Shown one piece after another: positions 29,083 through 38,384 of a stretch of 64,000 nucleotides of DNA (the stretch's first letter is position 1; every line of letters starts with the position of its first letter). The position numbers and the translations under genes were made by a program. The DNA lies in IMG/VR virus record IMGVR_UViG_3300045526_000331, positions 5,858 to 69,857 of that record. One strand, written 5' to 3'. This stretch comes from a virus (lineage: Duplodnaviria; Caudoviricetes). The notes under the pieces are model-generated. The model saw only the letters and a program-made list of their open reading frames with translations, was not told the origin of the DNA and searched no databases.

Positions 29083-31109
29083 TAGAAGGATCCCCCGTCA
29101 ATATCAAAACCTGACACAGAGCCATTCTCCAAAAATGTGACCAAGTCGCTAAGAGCCACCTGAACCATCGTCCCCCCGTCATTGATCACCATTCTGTCAG
29201 TGGTTGCCAAAGTAGTAGCTGTGGCCGACGTGCTTCCGTCAATGATGTTCAGCTCAGCAGTAGTAATCAGTGCCCCATCGAGAATCCCAATCTCCGTAGC
29301 GGTGAGAAGGGCGAGTGCGGAGGCCGCTCCGGTCTGCATTCCGGCAAGCGTTGCCAGATCAGCATCGTAAGCCTGGACATCAGTGCCAATTACCAAGCCC
29401 AGCGTCGATCTAGCAGAAGCTTGATCGGCATCGTCGATCAGAGTTCGGGCGAAAGAGGTAAGGGTTGCAGTGGTAAAGGTATCCGCTGCAGTTGCATAGA
29501 TGATCTTATCCGCGCTGGTTGTTACTCCGGCAAGAGCGGTCAGAGTTGCATCTAGGGGTTGGGCATCGGTAATGCCATAGCCCGAAAGCGTAGTAGGATT
29601 AGTGCCAGCGGTGACACGACCGTATGCGTCAACAGATACGGATTGATAGGTCCCTGCTGTCCCAACCGTAGCAAGATCGATATTGTCAGCATTTACGACA
29701 ATTCTTGACGTACTTGCCGTGCCGACATTGAAGGTTGTACCGGTGCTGCTCAGACCGGCTCCAGCGGTATAGGCCCCCGCACCAGAGAACTGAACCCAAT
29801 CCTGACCGGAGAAACTTGTAATGTAGTGGTCAGATTGCAGCCAACCTGTACTGGCATACAGGGTGCCCTCTTTGATAAATACCGCAGCTCCGATCAGCTC
29901 TTGGTAGGTATTGGCGTCAGAAGACCGGACAAGTGTATAGTTGCCACCCGTAACCGTGTAGTCATAGATGCCGTTCTCGCTCGAAGTAGTCTGAGCGATG
30001 AGCAGGATTCTATATCCAACTTCTGCTGAGGTAAGTGCGGCATGGCCATCAATAGCCAAAGTACCGTCTGTCCCAGTCAGAGAGACGTTCGTAGCAGCGA
30101 GAAGGTTGACAGACTCTTTCCAAGTCAGGCCGCTAATCGCATTGTCTACATAGGCCTTATTCGCAGCGTCGTTTGACTCCGTGGGGGTGCCAAGGTTGGT
30201 GATCTTTTGGCCATTGAAGCTGACTGCGGTGTTTGGGGCAGTCAGTTGATCCAGTCTGTTTTGTTGAACACCCGTGTCAAAATCTGAAACTTGTTCGTGG
30301 GTAATACTAATAGTCGTACTTGACGCTGCGGTTAAACGCCCCTGAGCGTCGACAGTAAAGGTTGCGACCGAGCTTGCCGAACCGTAACTCGCGGCAGTGA
30401 CGGTGGTATTGTCTAGGTTAAGGGTTACAGACTGGTTGCTAGCAGTAGCAGTCAGTCCAGTTCCACCGGAAATAGTTAGGGACTGGGTACCGAGAGCAAC
30501 AGAACCTGTGCCGCTATCTCCAGCAGTGTTAAGAGTAGTGGAAATGCTCGCAGTTCCAGCAGCGGTAAGACGTCCCTGAGCATCAACAGTAAAGGTTGGA
30601 ATTGCCGTTGCTGAACCATAACTCCCCGCAGTAACTGCGGTGTTGTCTAGATTGATTGTGATGTTATTTCCCGAACCAACGCTACTCAGGCCAGTCCCGC
30701 CCAGAATACCGAGGGTTTCCGTAGTAGGATCAATAACTACTGTCGAACCGCTGTCCCCAGCCACATTCAGGTCTGTGGAAGAACCGGAAACCGCAGCGTC
30801 CACATAGGCAGTAGTAGCCACTGCCGTACTATTATTGCCAGGAGACTTAGTTACTGCTGTGGCCGAGCTACCGAGGGATACAGTACCAGTAAATGTTTTA
30901 GCCCCAGAGATAGTCTGGGTAGTGTCGAGAGTTGTGTATGCACCCGGACCACCAATAGCTACGATTGTAGTAGCAGTACCTCCCTCACCTCCAGTTCCAA
31001 CACCATAGAACAGTTTTTCACTAAGCTCAGAGTAAGCAACCTCAGCATTCTGAAGACTGGTTGGTACTGCAGTCGTAGTACTGCGCTTAATTCTGATAAC
31101 GTTAGCCAT
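29082..31109 (-). CDS. Long tail fibre protein
   Basis: MANVIRIKRS N terminus; repeated GSYGSA...FTVDAQGRLTAA; DAANKAYVD. Confidence 0.82.
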   Translation of the reverse strand: MANVIRIKRSTTTAVPTSLQNAEVAYSELSEKLFYGVGTGGEGGTATTIVAIGGPGAYTTLDTTQTISGAKTFTGTVSLGSSATAVTKSPGNNSTAVATTAYVDAAVSGSSTDLNVAGDSGSTVVIDPTTETLGILGGTGLSSVGSGNNITINLDNTAVTAGSYGSATAIPTFTVDAQGRLTAAGTASISTTLNTAGDSGTGSVALGTQSLTISGGTGLTATASNQSVTLNLDNTTVTAASYGSASSVATFTVDAQGRLTAASSTTISITHEQVSDFDTGVQQNRLDQLTAPNTAVSFNGQKITNLGTPTESNDAANKAYVDNAISGLTWKESVNLLAATNVSLTGTDGTLAIDGHAALTSAEVGYRILLIAQTTSSENGIYDYTVTGGNYTLVRSSDANTYQELIGAAVFIKEGTLYASTGWLQSDHYITSFSGQDWVQFSGAGAYTAGAGLSSTGTTFNVGTASTSRIVVNADNIDLATVGTAGTYQSVSVDAYGRVTAGTNPTTLSGYGITDAQPLDATLTALAGVTTSADKIIYATAADTFTTATLTSFARTLIDDADQASARSTLGLVIGTDVQAYDADLATLAGMQTGAASALALLTATEIGILDGALITTAELNIIDGSTSATATTLATTDRMVINDGGTMVQVALSDLVTFLENGSVSGFDIDGGSF

Positions 31110-31112
31110 TTT

Positions 31113-31364
31113 TTAAAAGTTTCCTCCGTCAGTTAGAGTGAGTTTGGTGTTAAGCTCATTGGCGATGAACTTCCCATTTAGCTGGCTGTAGACAGGGATA
31201 CTTCCATTCACCGCTTCTTCGTAGTCGATAACGGACTGTCTTTCCTCTAGAGCTTTCAACTGAGAGAGGGTGACAGGTTCGGAGTCATCAACTGCTTCCG
31301 GAAGATTTTTTATTCTGCTGACTCCCGCAAAAGTCAGATCGGTATTGATTAACCTGGTTTCCAT
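31113..31364 (-). CDS. Small virion protein
   Basis: RIKNLPEAVDDSEPVTLSQL; ends DGGNF. Confidence 0.65.
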   Translation of the reverse strand: METRLINTDLTFAGVSRIKNLPEAVDDSEPVTLSQLKALEERQSVIDYEEAVNGSIPVYSQLNGKFIANELNTKLTLTDGGNF

Positions 31365-31945
31365 TAGATCAGTCTTGCCCTCCCAGACACAGGAATGTTA
31401 AACAGAACGCGGAGGGTGGCTATGGAGATGTGATCAACATATCCCTCCATCTCAGCATTGTCACTGTTAAGGAGTTCGACCGAAGGATAGAATCCTAGAT
31501 TGTGGTTGATAACCCATTCCGCGGAAGGAGTAGACTGAACATGATTGTACCCCTTAAAGGTTGTGTTAATTATCACAGTATCAGGGCTCACTTCAACCTG
31601 AACCGGCTGATCGTCAATAACCAGACCTCCGATTGCCACATCTGACTCTTCGAGAAGATTGGAAGACAGATCTGAACCGACTAGGTAATACCCCTTCTCA
31701 GCCCATGGTTGCCAACCCCACAAGTCCTGGTTGTTGACTCTTTCAGGGTATGGACCAAACAGATCAGCATTTTTCGCCCGGGTATTTCTCAACGGACCAG
31801 GATTAACCCGGTTAATCTCCCTCAAGTACTCCGGTCTTTTCATCATCTGACGAGTCAAAGAACTCATTTGGGTTTCTCTTGACCTGTAGTCAGAAGAATC
31901 CCTCTGTCTTTCCCAATTCTGAAACGGGTTATTTGAGACAGCCAT
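31364..31945 (-). CDS. Hypothetical virion protein; first gene of the fibre operon
   Basis: YNHVQSTPSAEWVINHNLGFYP; late motif at 31965-31973. Confidence 0.72.
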   Translation of the reverse strand: MAVSNNPFQNWERQRDSSDYRSRETQMSSLTRQMMKRPEYLREINRVNPGPLRNTRAKNADLFGPYPERVNNQDLWGWQPWAEKGYYLVGSDLSSNLLEESDVAIGGLVIDDQPVQVEVSPDTVIINTTFKGYNHVQSTPSAEWVINHNLGFYPSVELLNSDNAEMEGYVDHISIATLRVLFNIPVSGRARLI

Positions 31946-32030
31946 CTCGTCCAGATTCTAAACAGCTTTCAACTTTTTCTCAAAGTAGCCAAAATAGGTT
32001 TAAGGCATGGAGTAGGTACGTAGTAAGGCC

Positions 32031-32408
32031 ATGGCACTTTCCAACAAATCCCTGCGAGATATTGAAAGTCTTGCGGAAGCCCCTCTTGATTTCGACTTCG
32101 GCTCCCCCGAGGTGATTAATGTGGAGATCGCACCGGGGAAATTCCTCTCCCTCCATGAGCCCAGTGCGGAGGACCTGATTGAAATCGACAAAATCTCCAA
32201 GGATAAGGATCTCAATGAGATCGATGCGACCCTGAAGACTATCTGCATCCTTCACATGCCCACAGAAGGTGGTCGAAAGCTCACCTTAAAGGATGCCAGG
32301 AAGCTCCGGGCAAAACAAATCAGGGCTTTGGGGGAGACGATGAGGGGTCTTTTGGGGAATGATCAGGAGGACTCGGAGGAGGACAAAAGCAATACAGACG
32401 AGGATTAA
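32031..32408 (+). CDS. Tail assembly chaperone-like protein
   Basis: LHEPSAEDLIEI...LTLKDARKL; upstream of the sheath gene. Confidence 0.55.
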   Translation: MALSNKSLRDIESLAEAPLDFDFGSPEVINVEIAPGKFLSLHEPSAEDLIEIDKISKDKDLNEIDATLKTICILHMPTEGGRKLTLKDARKLRAKQIRALGETMRGLLGNDQEDSEEDKSNTDED

Positions 32409-32832
32409 CCACAACTACACCATTAGCTGTCTGGACGGGGAGGGTCGATCAGTGTCATTTAGAGACATAACAGGAAAAGACCTAGAACTGCTCGACCTAA
32501 TCCTGTCCAAAGACAGCGACAGGGTAGAATCAAGTCATGTCATTGACATTCTTTCCCTCCTCTGTACAAACTCCGGGGCAAACTTCTACCGATTTACGCC
32601 AAAAATTATCGGAAAGCTGTATGAGGAGGTGACTACCCACATCCTTAAAAACTACATTAGCAAAGAGAACTGGCTAAGGCAATGCTTCTCAATTCAAAAC
32701 GGGTCTTTCCAGAATCTCGATGCGATGGAGCATGTTCCCATGTCAAAATTCGTAGCAATGTGTCAGATTCACAAGGAAGCAATTGACCAACTCAACACCC
32801 CCGCAGCCGTCAACAGCTCAGAGGTTCAGTAG
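32359..32832 (+). CDS. Tail assembly chaperone-like/hypothetical protein (start uncertain)
   Basis: FRDITGKDLELLD resembles the preceding ORF. Confidence 0.55.
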   Translation: MIRRTRRRTKAIQTRINHNYTISCLDGEGRSVSFRDITGKDLELLDLILSKDSDRVESSHVIDILSLLCTNSGANFYRFTPKIIGKLYEEVTTHILKNYISKENWLRQCFSIQNGSFQNLDAMEHVPMSKFVAMCQIHKEAIDQLNTPAAVNSSEVQ

Positions 32833-33076
32833 CGAGGCAACTCATCAAGAGTTGCTCTCCCTAATGGTTATTCTCTGTCAGATTTCTACGAACCAGAGCA
32901 TTGTAGAGCTTAATCGGTTCGTAGTTGTCACGTCGAGAATTATAGGACCGGAGGACTTTAGTAGGCTTTTACGGAGGACGGTAAAGATGCTAGGGGATAG
33001 CAAATGCGGCGATCAGCAATGCTCTGATTGGCTTATGACTAAGCTGTTCGACCTATATTCCACCCTTGGTTCGTAA
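32783..33076 (+). CDS. Hypothetical protein
   Basis: 97-aa ORF in the same operon. Confidence 0.55.
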   Translation: MTNSTPPQPSTAQRFSSEATHQELLSLMVILCQISTNQSIVELNRFVVVTSRIIGPEDFSRLLRRTVKMLGDSKCGDQQCSDWLMTKLFDLYSTLGS

Positions 33077-33091
33077 AACCACCCGCTCTTC

Positions 33092-33100
33092 GTTGAAAGC
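33092..33100 (+). promoter_or_regulatory. Late-type motif GTTGAAAGC upstream of the tail sheath gene
   Basis: 35 nt before the start. Confidence 0.75.
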
Positions 33101-33135
33101 TGTACGAGAGGTCTGTACATTTATGGAGAGCAACC

Positions 33136-35967
33136 TTGGCTAATCAAGTCACCATTAATGCCTCGGCCATTAATCGTCCTGGAGTCTTTGTGGCCCAGTC
33201 GGTTAGTGGCGGGCTGCCACAGCCTATCGCAAGCCATGCAGTGGGGTATTTGTTCGGTACTACTCCAGCCGATGAATACTACGAAGGCGATGCGGAAGGC
33301 ATCTATTCATCTTACCTGCCGTATAAACTGACTCAGGTCGGTTCGGCTCAGGATTTTCTTAACCGTATCGGTGGTGTGCTTCCCACCGGTAGTACGGGGG
33401 CTCTGGCCACCTACGACTCAGTCAAGGCATTCTTTGACAATGTGGGTGTGAACGGAATTCTTTATTTCGGTCGTGTAACTCCCACCCCTGAAACTGTCAT
33501 TGATCTGAGCGCAAGCGCAGCCGGAAGTGGCTATAACGCTTTTGCTATTAAGATCAATGGCCGGTACTTTGGTACTCCAATCAACGTCCCCGATGTTGAC
33601 GGAGATGAGATCAAAGTTATCACTACGACTGCCATTGACGCAGTGGATAACGCTCGGGATCTGTACAACTACTTGTCCGGACCCGACTCTGACGGCTTTA
33701 GCGATTTCTACAGAATTGAGCAGACTGCTACTGAGGCAACTCAGGGTAAGTTCCGCATTTTCTCCAAGGACAGCACAGTGCTGCCCGAGGTTGACCGCTT
33801 TGTGGCCTATCAGTTCAGCGATACGGGCTTTACCACCCCCCTCAACCTGGACACTTCGTCTATTGTCAAGCTCTTTACCTCGGTCAAAGAGGTAAACTTC
33901 CGGTGCAAGTCTCGTTTCCTCTCCAATGGGGAAGAGATTATGTACGTGGATGGTTCGTCTCTCAGTCTGTTTATCCAAGCAGCTAATGCTGCTAGCGCCG
34001 GAACTTACGATCCGACTACCGATCAGTCAGACATCCTCAAGGCCTACCTGATTGCCAACGGTAGCTACAGTGGCGCTTCAGCTATTCCCGATGACAAAGT
34101 CATTGCTGTGAGCAAAGATTTTAGCTCTGGTGTGGGTTCTGGAGATAAGTGGGCAGATTCCGACGCTGCGTATTGGGAGTACAATCTTGGTACGACCTCC
34201 TTCTCCAAACTGGTCTCCGGTCTGAACTCAGTAGTTCCTACGGGTACGGTTACGGTTAGCGGGGATAGCATTACCCGGACCGGTTACCTGCCCGACTCAG
34301 TCCAGGTGTTCTATGTCAGTGTCGCTGGTGAAAACCGCGCCATTGTGGTCAATGGAGCCAATCCTGATGAGCTTGCTGAAGGTCTTAGGGACGAAATCCA
34401 AGCCATCCTCGAAGAAAAAGATCTGGCCCAGTATTACACAGTTGAAGCTGTGGCTACCGGTTCTAACTACTCCGGAACTAACTATGCGCCGAACAACGGC
34501 TATGCCGTCTCCAACCTGATCTCTGCTGCTGGTGCGCCTTTCACCCGTCCGGATATTGGTGACATTGCCCTTAGCGGAACCCTGGCCATTAGCGGAGGTA
34601 CGGTGACCGGTACCGGTACTGCGTTCCTGAGCGAAATCGGTGTGGGTGATGTCATTGTTGCCAATGGAACTCGTTTTACCGTCACTGCCAGAACTTCCAA
34701 CACTGCTGCGGTGGTCACTCCGGCCAACGTGACTGTGACTGCAGGATCTACTGCATATCTGGATAAGTCTCTGGCCAACGGGTTTAAGTCTTTTGACTAT
34801 GTGCTCAGAGTCCGCATTACCTCCAAGAACGGCCTTATCAGCCCTGTTCTGACCGGTACCGATCGCAGTGGTCTTCTGGACTCCAGAGTGGTCAAGCTCA
34901 CCTCTTCCCTGGAGCAAGCTGGGTATGGCCAGTACAAACTGGTATCTAGTGCTAAGTCGCAAGACTTTGTCTATGCCATTGAAAAGGCTATGGGAGATGA
35001 GTACTACGCTCCCGGATTCCTGATGGCCCCTGAGGCTTACAAGGAACTGTCCTACCAGGCCGGTTCTGATCTGGCCAGCAGATCTGAAGCCATGTCCGAA
35101 AGGCTGAAGATTACTCAGGCTCTGGTCGCCGCCGCAGAAGGACGTTTTGGTTCGACTGAGGGCATTAGCAACACCCAGCACGTTGCCCTGATTGACTGTG
35201 GCGGAGATGTCGAAAATCTGTCCCAGGCTCAGGAAGAACTGGCTCTGATCAAGAAAACTGTCGGTGTGTTCTTTGGTAATGCGGCTTTCTTCGCCCCCTA
35301 CATCAAGAATAGCTCCGATCGTTTCGTTCCGGCCAGCCCCTTTGTTGCCGGCATTGCTTGCGGTCGCTACATCAATGAGGGTTTCCAGCAGCCTCCTGCT
35401 GGTTCTCGCTACCCGCTCAGAGGTGCAAATGGTCTGAAATTCAACATCACTGCTCAGCAACAGGAAGTCACCTATGCCCTGGGCCTGAACCCAATCAGAT
35501 CTCTCCCCAACAGGGGGATTGTGGTCTGGGGTTCTCGGACTCTGTCCAGCTCTCCTCTGTTCCGGTTTGTCAACACTCGCGTCATTCTGAACGTCCTCAT
35601 CGACGTAATGAATAGAAGCTTTGATGACATCCTGTTCGAGGGTATTGATAGCTCCAACACGGTTTACTCCCGCGTCAAAGCCATTGCTTCCCAGGTTCTC
35701 AATCAGTTCTACCGTCAAGGTGCTCTGTACGGGAATCGTCCCGAACAAGCTTACCTGGCCAAGTGTGACAGTGACAACAACACTGACACCCTCCTTGAGC
35801 AGGGCACGGTTCGTCTCGATGTGTATGTGGCTACCAGCCCGACCCTGGAAAGACTTGCTGTGACCATCGCCAGAACTCCTCTGGGTCAAGTGTCCCTAAT
35901 CAGTGACTCTTTCAGCCGGAATGAGGAGAGGTTTAGTTCATTCCTCAATGCAACTAATCTGGTATAA
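33136..35967 (+). CDS. Contractile tail sheath protein
   Basis: N-terminal RPGVFV; C-terminal GLNPIRSLPNRGIVVWGSRTL...FVNTR; ends with a sheath-type beta domain. Confidence 0.92.
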   Translation: MANQVTINASAINRPGVFVAQSVSGGLPQPIASHAVGYLFGTTPADEYYEGDAEGIYSSYLPYKLTQVGSAQDFLNRIGGVLPTGSTGALATYDSVKAFFDNVGVNGILYFGRVTPTPETVIDLSASAAGSGYNAFAIKINGRYFGTPINVPDVDGDEIKVITTTAIDAVDNARDLYNYLSGPDSDGFSDFYRIEQTATEATQGKFRIFSKDSTVLPEVDRFVAYQFSDTGFTTPLNLDTSSIVKLFTSVKEVNFRCKSRFLSNGEEIMYVDGSSLSLFIQAANAASAGTYDPTTDQSDILKAYLIANGSYSGASAIPDDKVIAVSKDFSSGVGSGDKWADSDAAYWEYNLGTTSFSKLVSGLNSVVPTGTVTVSGDSITRTGYLPDSVQVFYVSVAGENRAIVVNGANPDELAEGLRDEIQAILEEKDLAQYYTVEAVATGSNYSGTNYAPNNGYAVSNLISAAGAPFTRPDIGDIALSGTLAISGGTVTGTGTAFLSEIGVGDVIVANGTRFTVTARTSNTAAVVTPANVTVTAGSTAYLDKSLANGFKSFDYVLRVRITSKNGLISPVLTGTDRSGLLDSRVVKLTSSLEQAGYGQYKLVSSAKSQDFVYAIEKAMGDEYYAPGFLMAPEAYKELSYQAGSDLASRSEAMSERLKITQALVAAAEGRFGSTEGISNTQHVALIDCGGDVENLSQAQEELALIKKTVGVFFGNAAFFAPYIKNSSDRFVPASPFVAGIACGRYINEGFQQPPAGSRYPLRGANGLKFNITAQQQEVTYALGLNPIRSLPNRGIVVWGSRTLSSSPLFRFVNTRVILNVLIDVMNRSFDDILFEGIDSSNTVYSRVKAIASQVLNQFYRQGALYGNRPEQAYLAKCDSDNNTDTLLEQGTVRLDVYVATSPTLERLAVTIARTPLGQVSLISDSFSRNEERFSSFLNATNLV

Positions 35968-35976
35968 TTAGGAACA

Positions 35977-37521
35977 ATGGCAAGACGATTCCGGAAACCA
36001 GCCTCACAGGAAATCATCCTAAATGGGAATGGGCCTCTCACTGAGGCCCAGCCCAAACGTGCTGTGTACATCGAGATGTTCAAAGCTGGTCCGCAGATTA
36101 GTTCAGCGGGGCAAAAGATGGTTTTTAGTGAAGAGGATCTGGATCAGGTCGTCAATAGCTACAACCCGTCTAAGCACGAAGCACCGCTCATCATCGGCCA
36201 TGAGCAGGATGATTCCACTCCTGCTCTGGGCTGGGTGAGAGAAGTGTGGCGCAAGGGCAAATCCTTGTGGGGTAAGATCGAGCTTACCCCCAAGGCCGAG
36301 CGCCTAATTAGAGACGGTGTTTTCAAAAAGGTAAGTAGCTCGTTCTACTTACCTGATGCCGATACCAATCCCGTTCCCGGGTCTTTGCATCTGCGTCATC
36401 TTGGACTTGTGTCCATACCTGCGGTGAAAGGCTTAACGGCTTTTTCCGAACTTATCCCTGAAGGTTCGATAACAATTACTTCAAGGGAGTCTTCTATCTC
36501 ATTTCAAGAAACTCTACCTACTATGGCAAAAAGAAAAACCGAAGCCTCTCCTCAGGTTGTCGATCACGCTGACGGGAAAGGCATGACCATTAATGTGAAC
36601 ATTAATGGGCTGAAGACCGAGGCGGACACCGAACCCACCGTGGTCGAGGAAACTGGCTTTGAGAGCCAAAATTCCGGTCCTGCTGCGCCCTATGCGGCTC
36701 AGTATGCGGACGATGGTCTACCCGGCGCACCTGTTCCGGGCATGGCCGACCCTTCCCTGCAGAGAATGGACATGGTTGAGGGTCCAGATGGCAAGGAAAT
36801 GGGCGATGAGGATGGTGGCGAAGGCGATCCGATTCCTCCCAGCGGCGAGGGTCCGGATGGGATGGAGGGCGAGCAAGATGACATGGATGTAGATGATGTG
36901 TCCGGTGACGACGACGAAGCGGTGGCCTCTGATCTCGCATCCAAGTACACCGAAGAGCAGCTCATCATGGCCCTGTATCAACTTGCCAATTCCGGCAATG
37001 AGTCGGACATGGGCGAGGGCTACATGGGCTATTCCGAAGACGAGTCGGACTCTGTCTCCTTCTCTGAAGAAGATCCCATGGCCGAAAGAGTTGCTCAGCT
37101 TGAAGAAGAGCTGGCAGCTCAACGTCGGATGATGAGGCAGCGCGAGATTAGTGACTTCTGTGAGAAGCTCTATGACCAGGGCAAACTCACCGAGGCCGTC
37201 ATCCCCTCTAATGACCTGGTAAGATTCATGGAGACCCTCAATGCCAAGAACACTGTGAACTTCAGTGAGACTGGCAAGTCCTCCCAGTTCGACTTCATGA
37301 AGTCCATGCTGGAAAATCTCCCCTCCATGGTCAACTTCAATGAAGTGGCTACGCAGGCATCCGCTCCCCCGAAGAAGAGAAAAGTGGGTAAGCCTGCTGC
37401 TGATGGCTACGTGTTTGATGAGAGAAATGCGGAGATCCACGCCAAGGCTGTGGAGTACTCTGAGGCTAACGGTGTGGACTACATGTCCGCCGTCCGTCTT
37501 GTCATTTCCGAATCATTTTAG
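35977..37521 (+). CDS. Mu-like prohead protease fused to an acidic scaffold
   Basis: APLIIGHE, ALGWVRE, KKVSSSFY, HLGLVSIPAVKGL; long Asp/Glu/Gly linker; coiled-coil C terminus. Confidence 0.85.
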   Translation: MARRFRKPASQEIILNGNGPLTEAQPKRAVYIEMFKAGPQISSAGQKMVFSEEDLDQVVNSYNPSKHEAPLIIGHEQDDSTPALGWVREVWRKGKSLWGKIELTPKAERLIRDGVFKKVSSSFYLPDADTNPVPGSLHLRHLGLVSIPAVKGLTAFSELIPEGSITITSRESSISFQETLPTMAKRKTEASPQVVDHADGKGMTINVNINGLKTEADTEPTVVEETGFESQNSGPAAPYAAQYADDGLPGAPVPGMADPSLQRMDMVEGPDGKEMGDEDGGEGDPIPPSGEGPDGMEGEQDDMDVDDVSGDDDEAVASDLASKYTEEQLIMALYQLANSGNESDMGEGYMGYSEDESDSVSFSEEDPMAERVAQLEEELAAQRRMMRQREISDFCEKLYDQGKLTEAVIPSNDLVRFMETLNAKNTVNFSETGKSSQFDFMKSMLENLPSMVNFNEVATQASAPPKKRKVGKPAADGYVFDERNAEIHAKAVEYSEANGVDYMSAVRLVISESF

Positions 37522-37529
37522 TTGAAAGC
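37521..37529 (+). promoter_or_regulatory. Late-type motif upstream of the cement/capsid leader
   Basis: Exact GTTGAAAGC overlapping the scaffold stop codon. Confidence 0.7.
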
Positions 37530-37534
37530 TTTAC

Positions 37535-37624
37535 AGCTTGACGTGTAACAAGGGGGGCTCTGCCCCCCGCAGATAGCAAGACTATCTGTTCTGGTTACAC
37601 CGATACCGTCAAAGCTTTTTTTTT
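37535..37624 (+). ncRNA. Candidate structured RNA or leader (multi-stem junction plus U9)
   Basis: Nested stems agcttgacg/cgtcaaagct and tgtaac/gttaca enclose hairpins ggggggc/gcccccc and cagatag/ctatctg. Confidence 0.5.
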
Positions 37625-37659
37625 GTCCCCCCTAATTTTCCCTACGGAGATTTGAATAC

Positions 37660-38373
37660 ATGGCGAAAGATCCTCGCTACATGTCGTTCGATCACCAGTA
37701 TGTAGAGACCGTTACCGTCACCGACGCAACCGCTCTCGCTAATGGTGTTGAACGCTACCGCTTTGTAAAGCGGTCTGGTGCTTATGCTTCCGGTGGCGGC
37801 TATGCTGCTGGTCTGAGCATCTACAAGGTTTACGGTCAAGGTGAGCTGACCGACAAAGGCTACAGCGTGGTTGAGTCGGACATGACCGCTCTGACCGGCA
37901 CCCTGGCCATCAGCACCGCTGGTGTTGTGACCGGTACCGGTACCAACTTTGACCCTGAGCTGAAGGTTGGCGACACCATCAAGGTGGGTGCCCAACTGTT
38001 CCGTGTCATGGCACGGACTAGCGACACTGCTGCGACTGTTTCCCCCGCTCCTGCTGCTGCGATCAGCGGCGCTACGGCTTACATCTGGCCCGGCACTTAC
38101 GAGGGTGAAAGCAATCCTTCCACCACTGCTCGTAAGCCCGGCGTGTTCCCTTACCAGGGGCTCCTGTCCATTGTGACCACGGGCGTTGCGATTGTCGAAG
38201 TGGATTCTGCTTCCACCTTCGCAGTCGATGATCCTGTGTACGCAGGCAGCAACGGTCTTGGTTCCAGCACTGCTGGTACTGGCAATGTTGTTGGTCGTGC
38301 TCTTGATGTGATTAGCACTGCGGGTGCTGGTCAGTATGTCCGAGTGAAGCTCGGTAATGAGGCTGGTTCCTGA
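37660..38373 (+). CDS. Capsid cement/decoration protein (DUF2190-like) with an inserted beta module
   Basis: Located between scaffold and capsid; LSIVTTGVAIVE...VGRAL...GQYVRVKL. Confidence 0.7.
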   Translation: MAKDPRYMSFDHQYVETVTVTDATALANGVERYRFVKRSGAYASGGGYAAGLSIYKVYGQGELTDKGYSVVESDMTALTGTLAISTAGVVTGTGTNFDPELKVGDTIKVGAQLFRVMARTSDTAATVSPAPAAAISGATAYIWPGTYEGESNPSTTARKPGVFPYQGLLSIVTTGVAIVEVDSASTFAVDDPVYAGSNGLGSSTAGTGNVVGRALDVISTAGAGQYVRVKLGNEAGS

Positions 38374-38384
38374 GGTAACTAACG

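Noticed and set aside
26129-31945. Diversity-generating retroelement or invertible fibre cassette
   Set aside because: No reverse transcriptase, template/variable repeat pair or invertase seen in the window.
32340-32410. Programmed -1 frameshift joining the two chaperone-like ORFs
   Set aside because: The second ORF is in the +1 frame, there is no X XXY YYZ heptamer, and no tape measure gene follows.
34297-35889. 530-aa antisense ORF (also 2753-3406, 9172-10044, 36718-37440, 38379-39401)
   Set aside because: These are shadows of strongly codon-biased genes on the opposite strand, with no motifs or promoter of either class.
38044-38052. GGTGAAAGC variants inside coding sequence (also 63606)
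   Set aside because: No suitably placed downstream start, so the GGT variant is only credible where position supports it.
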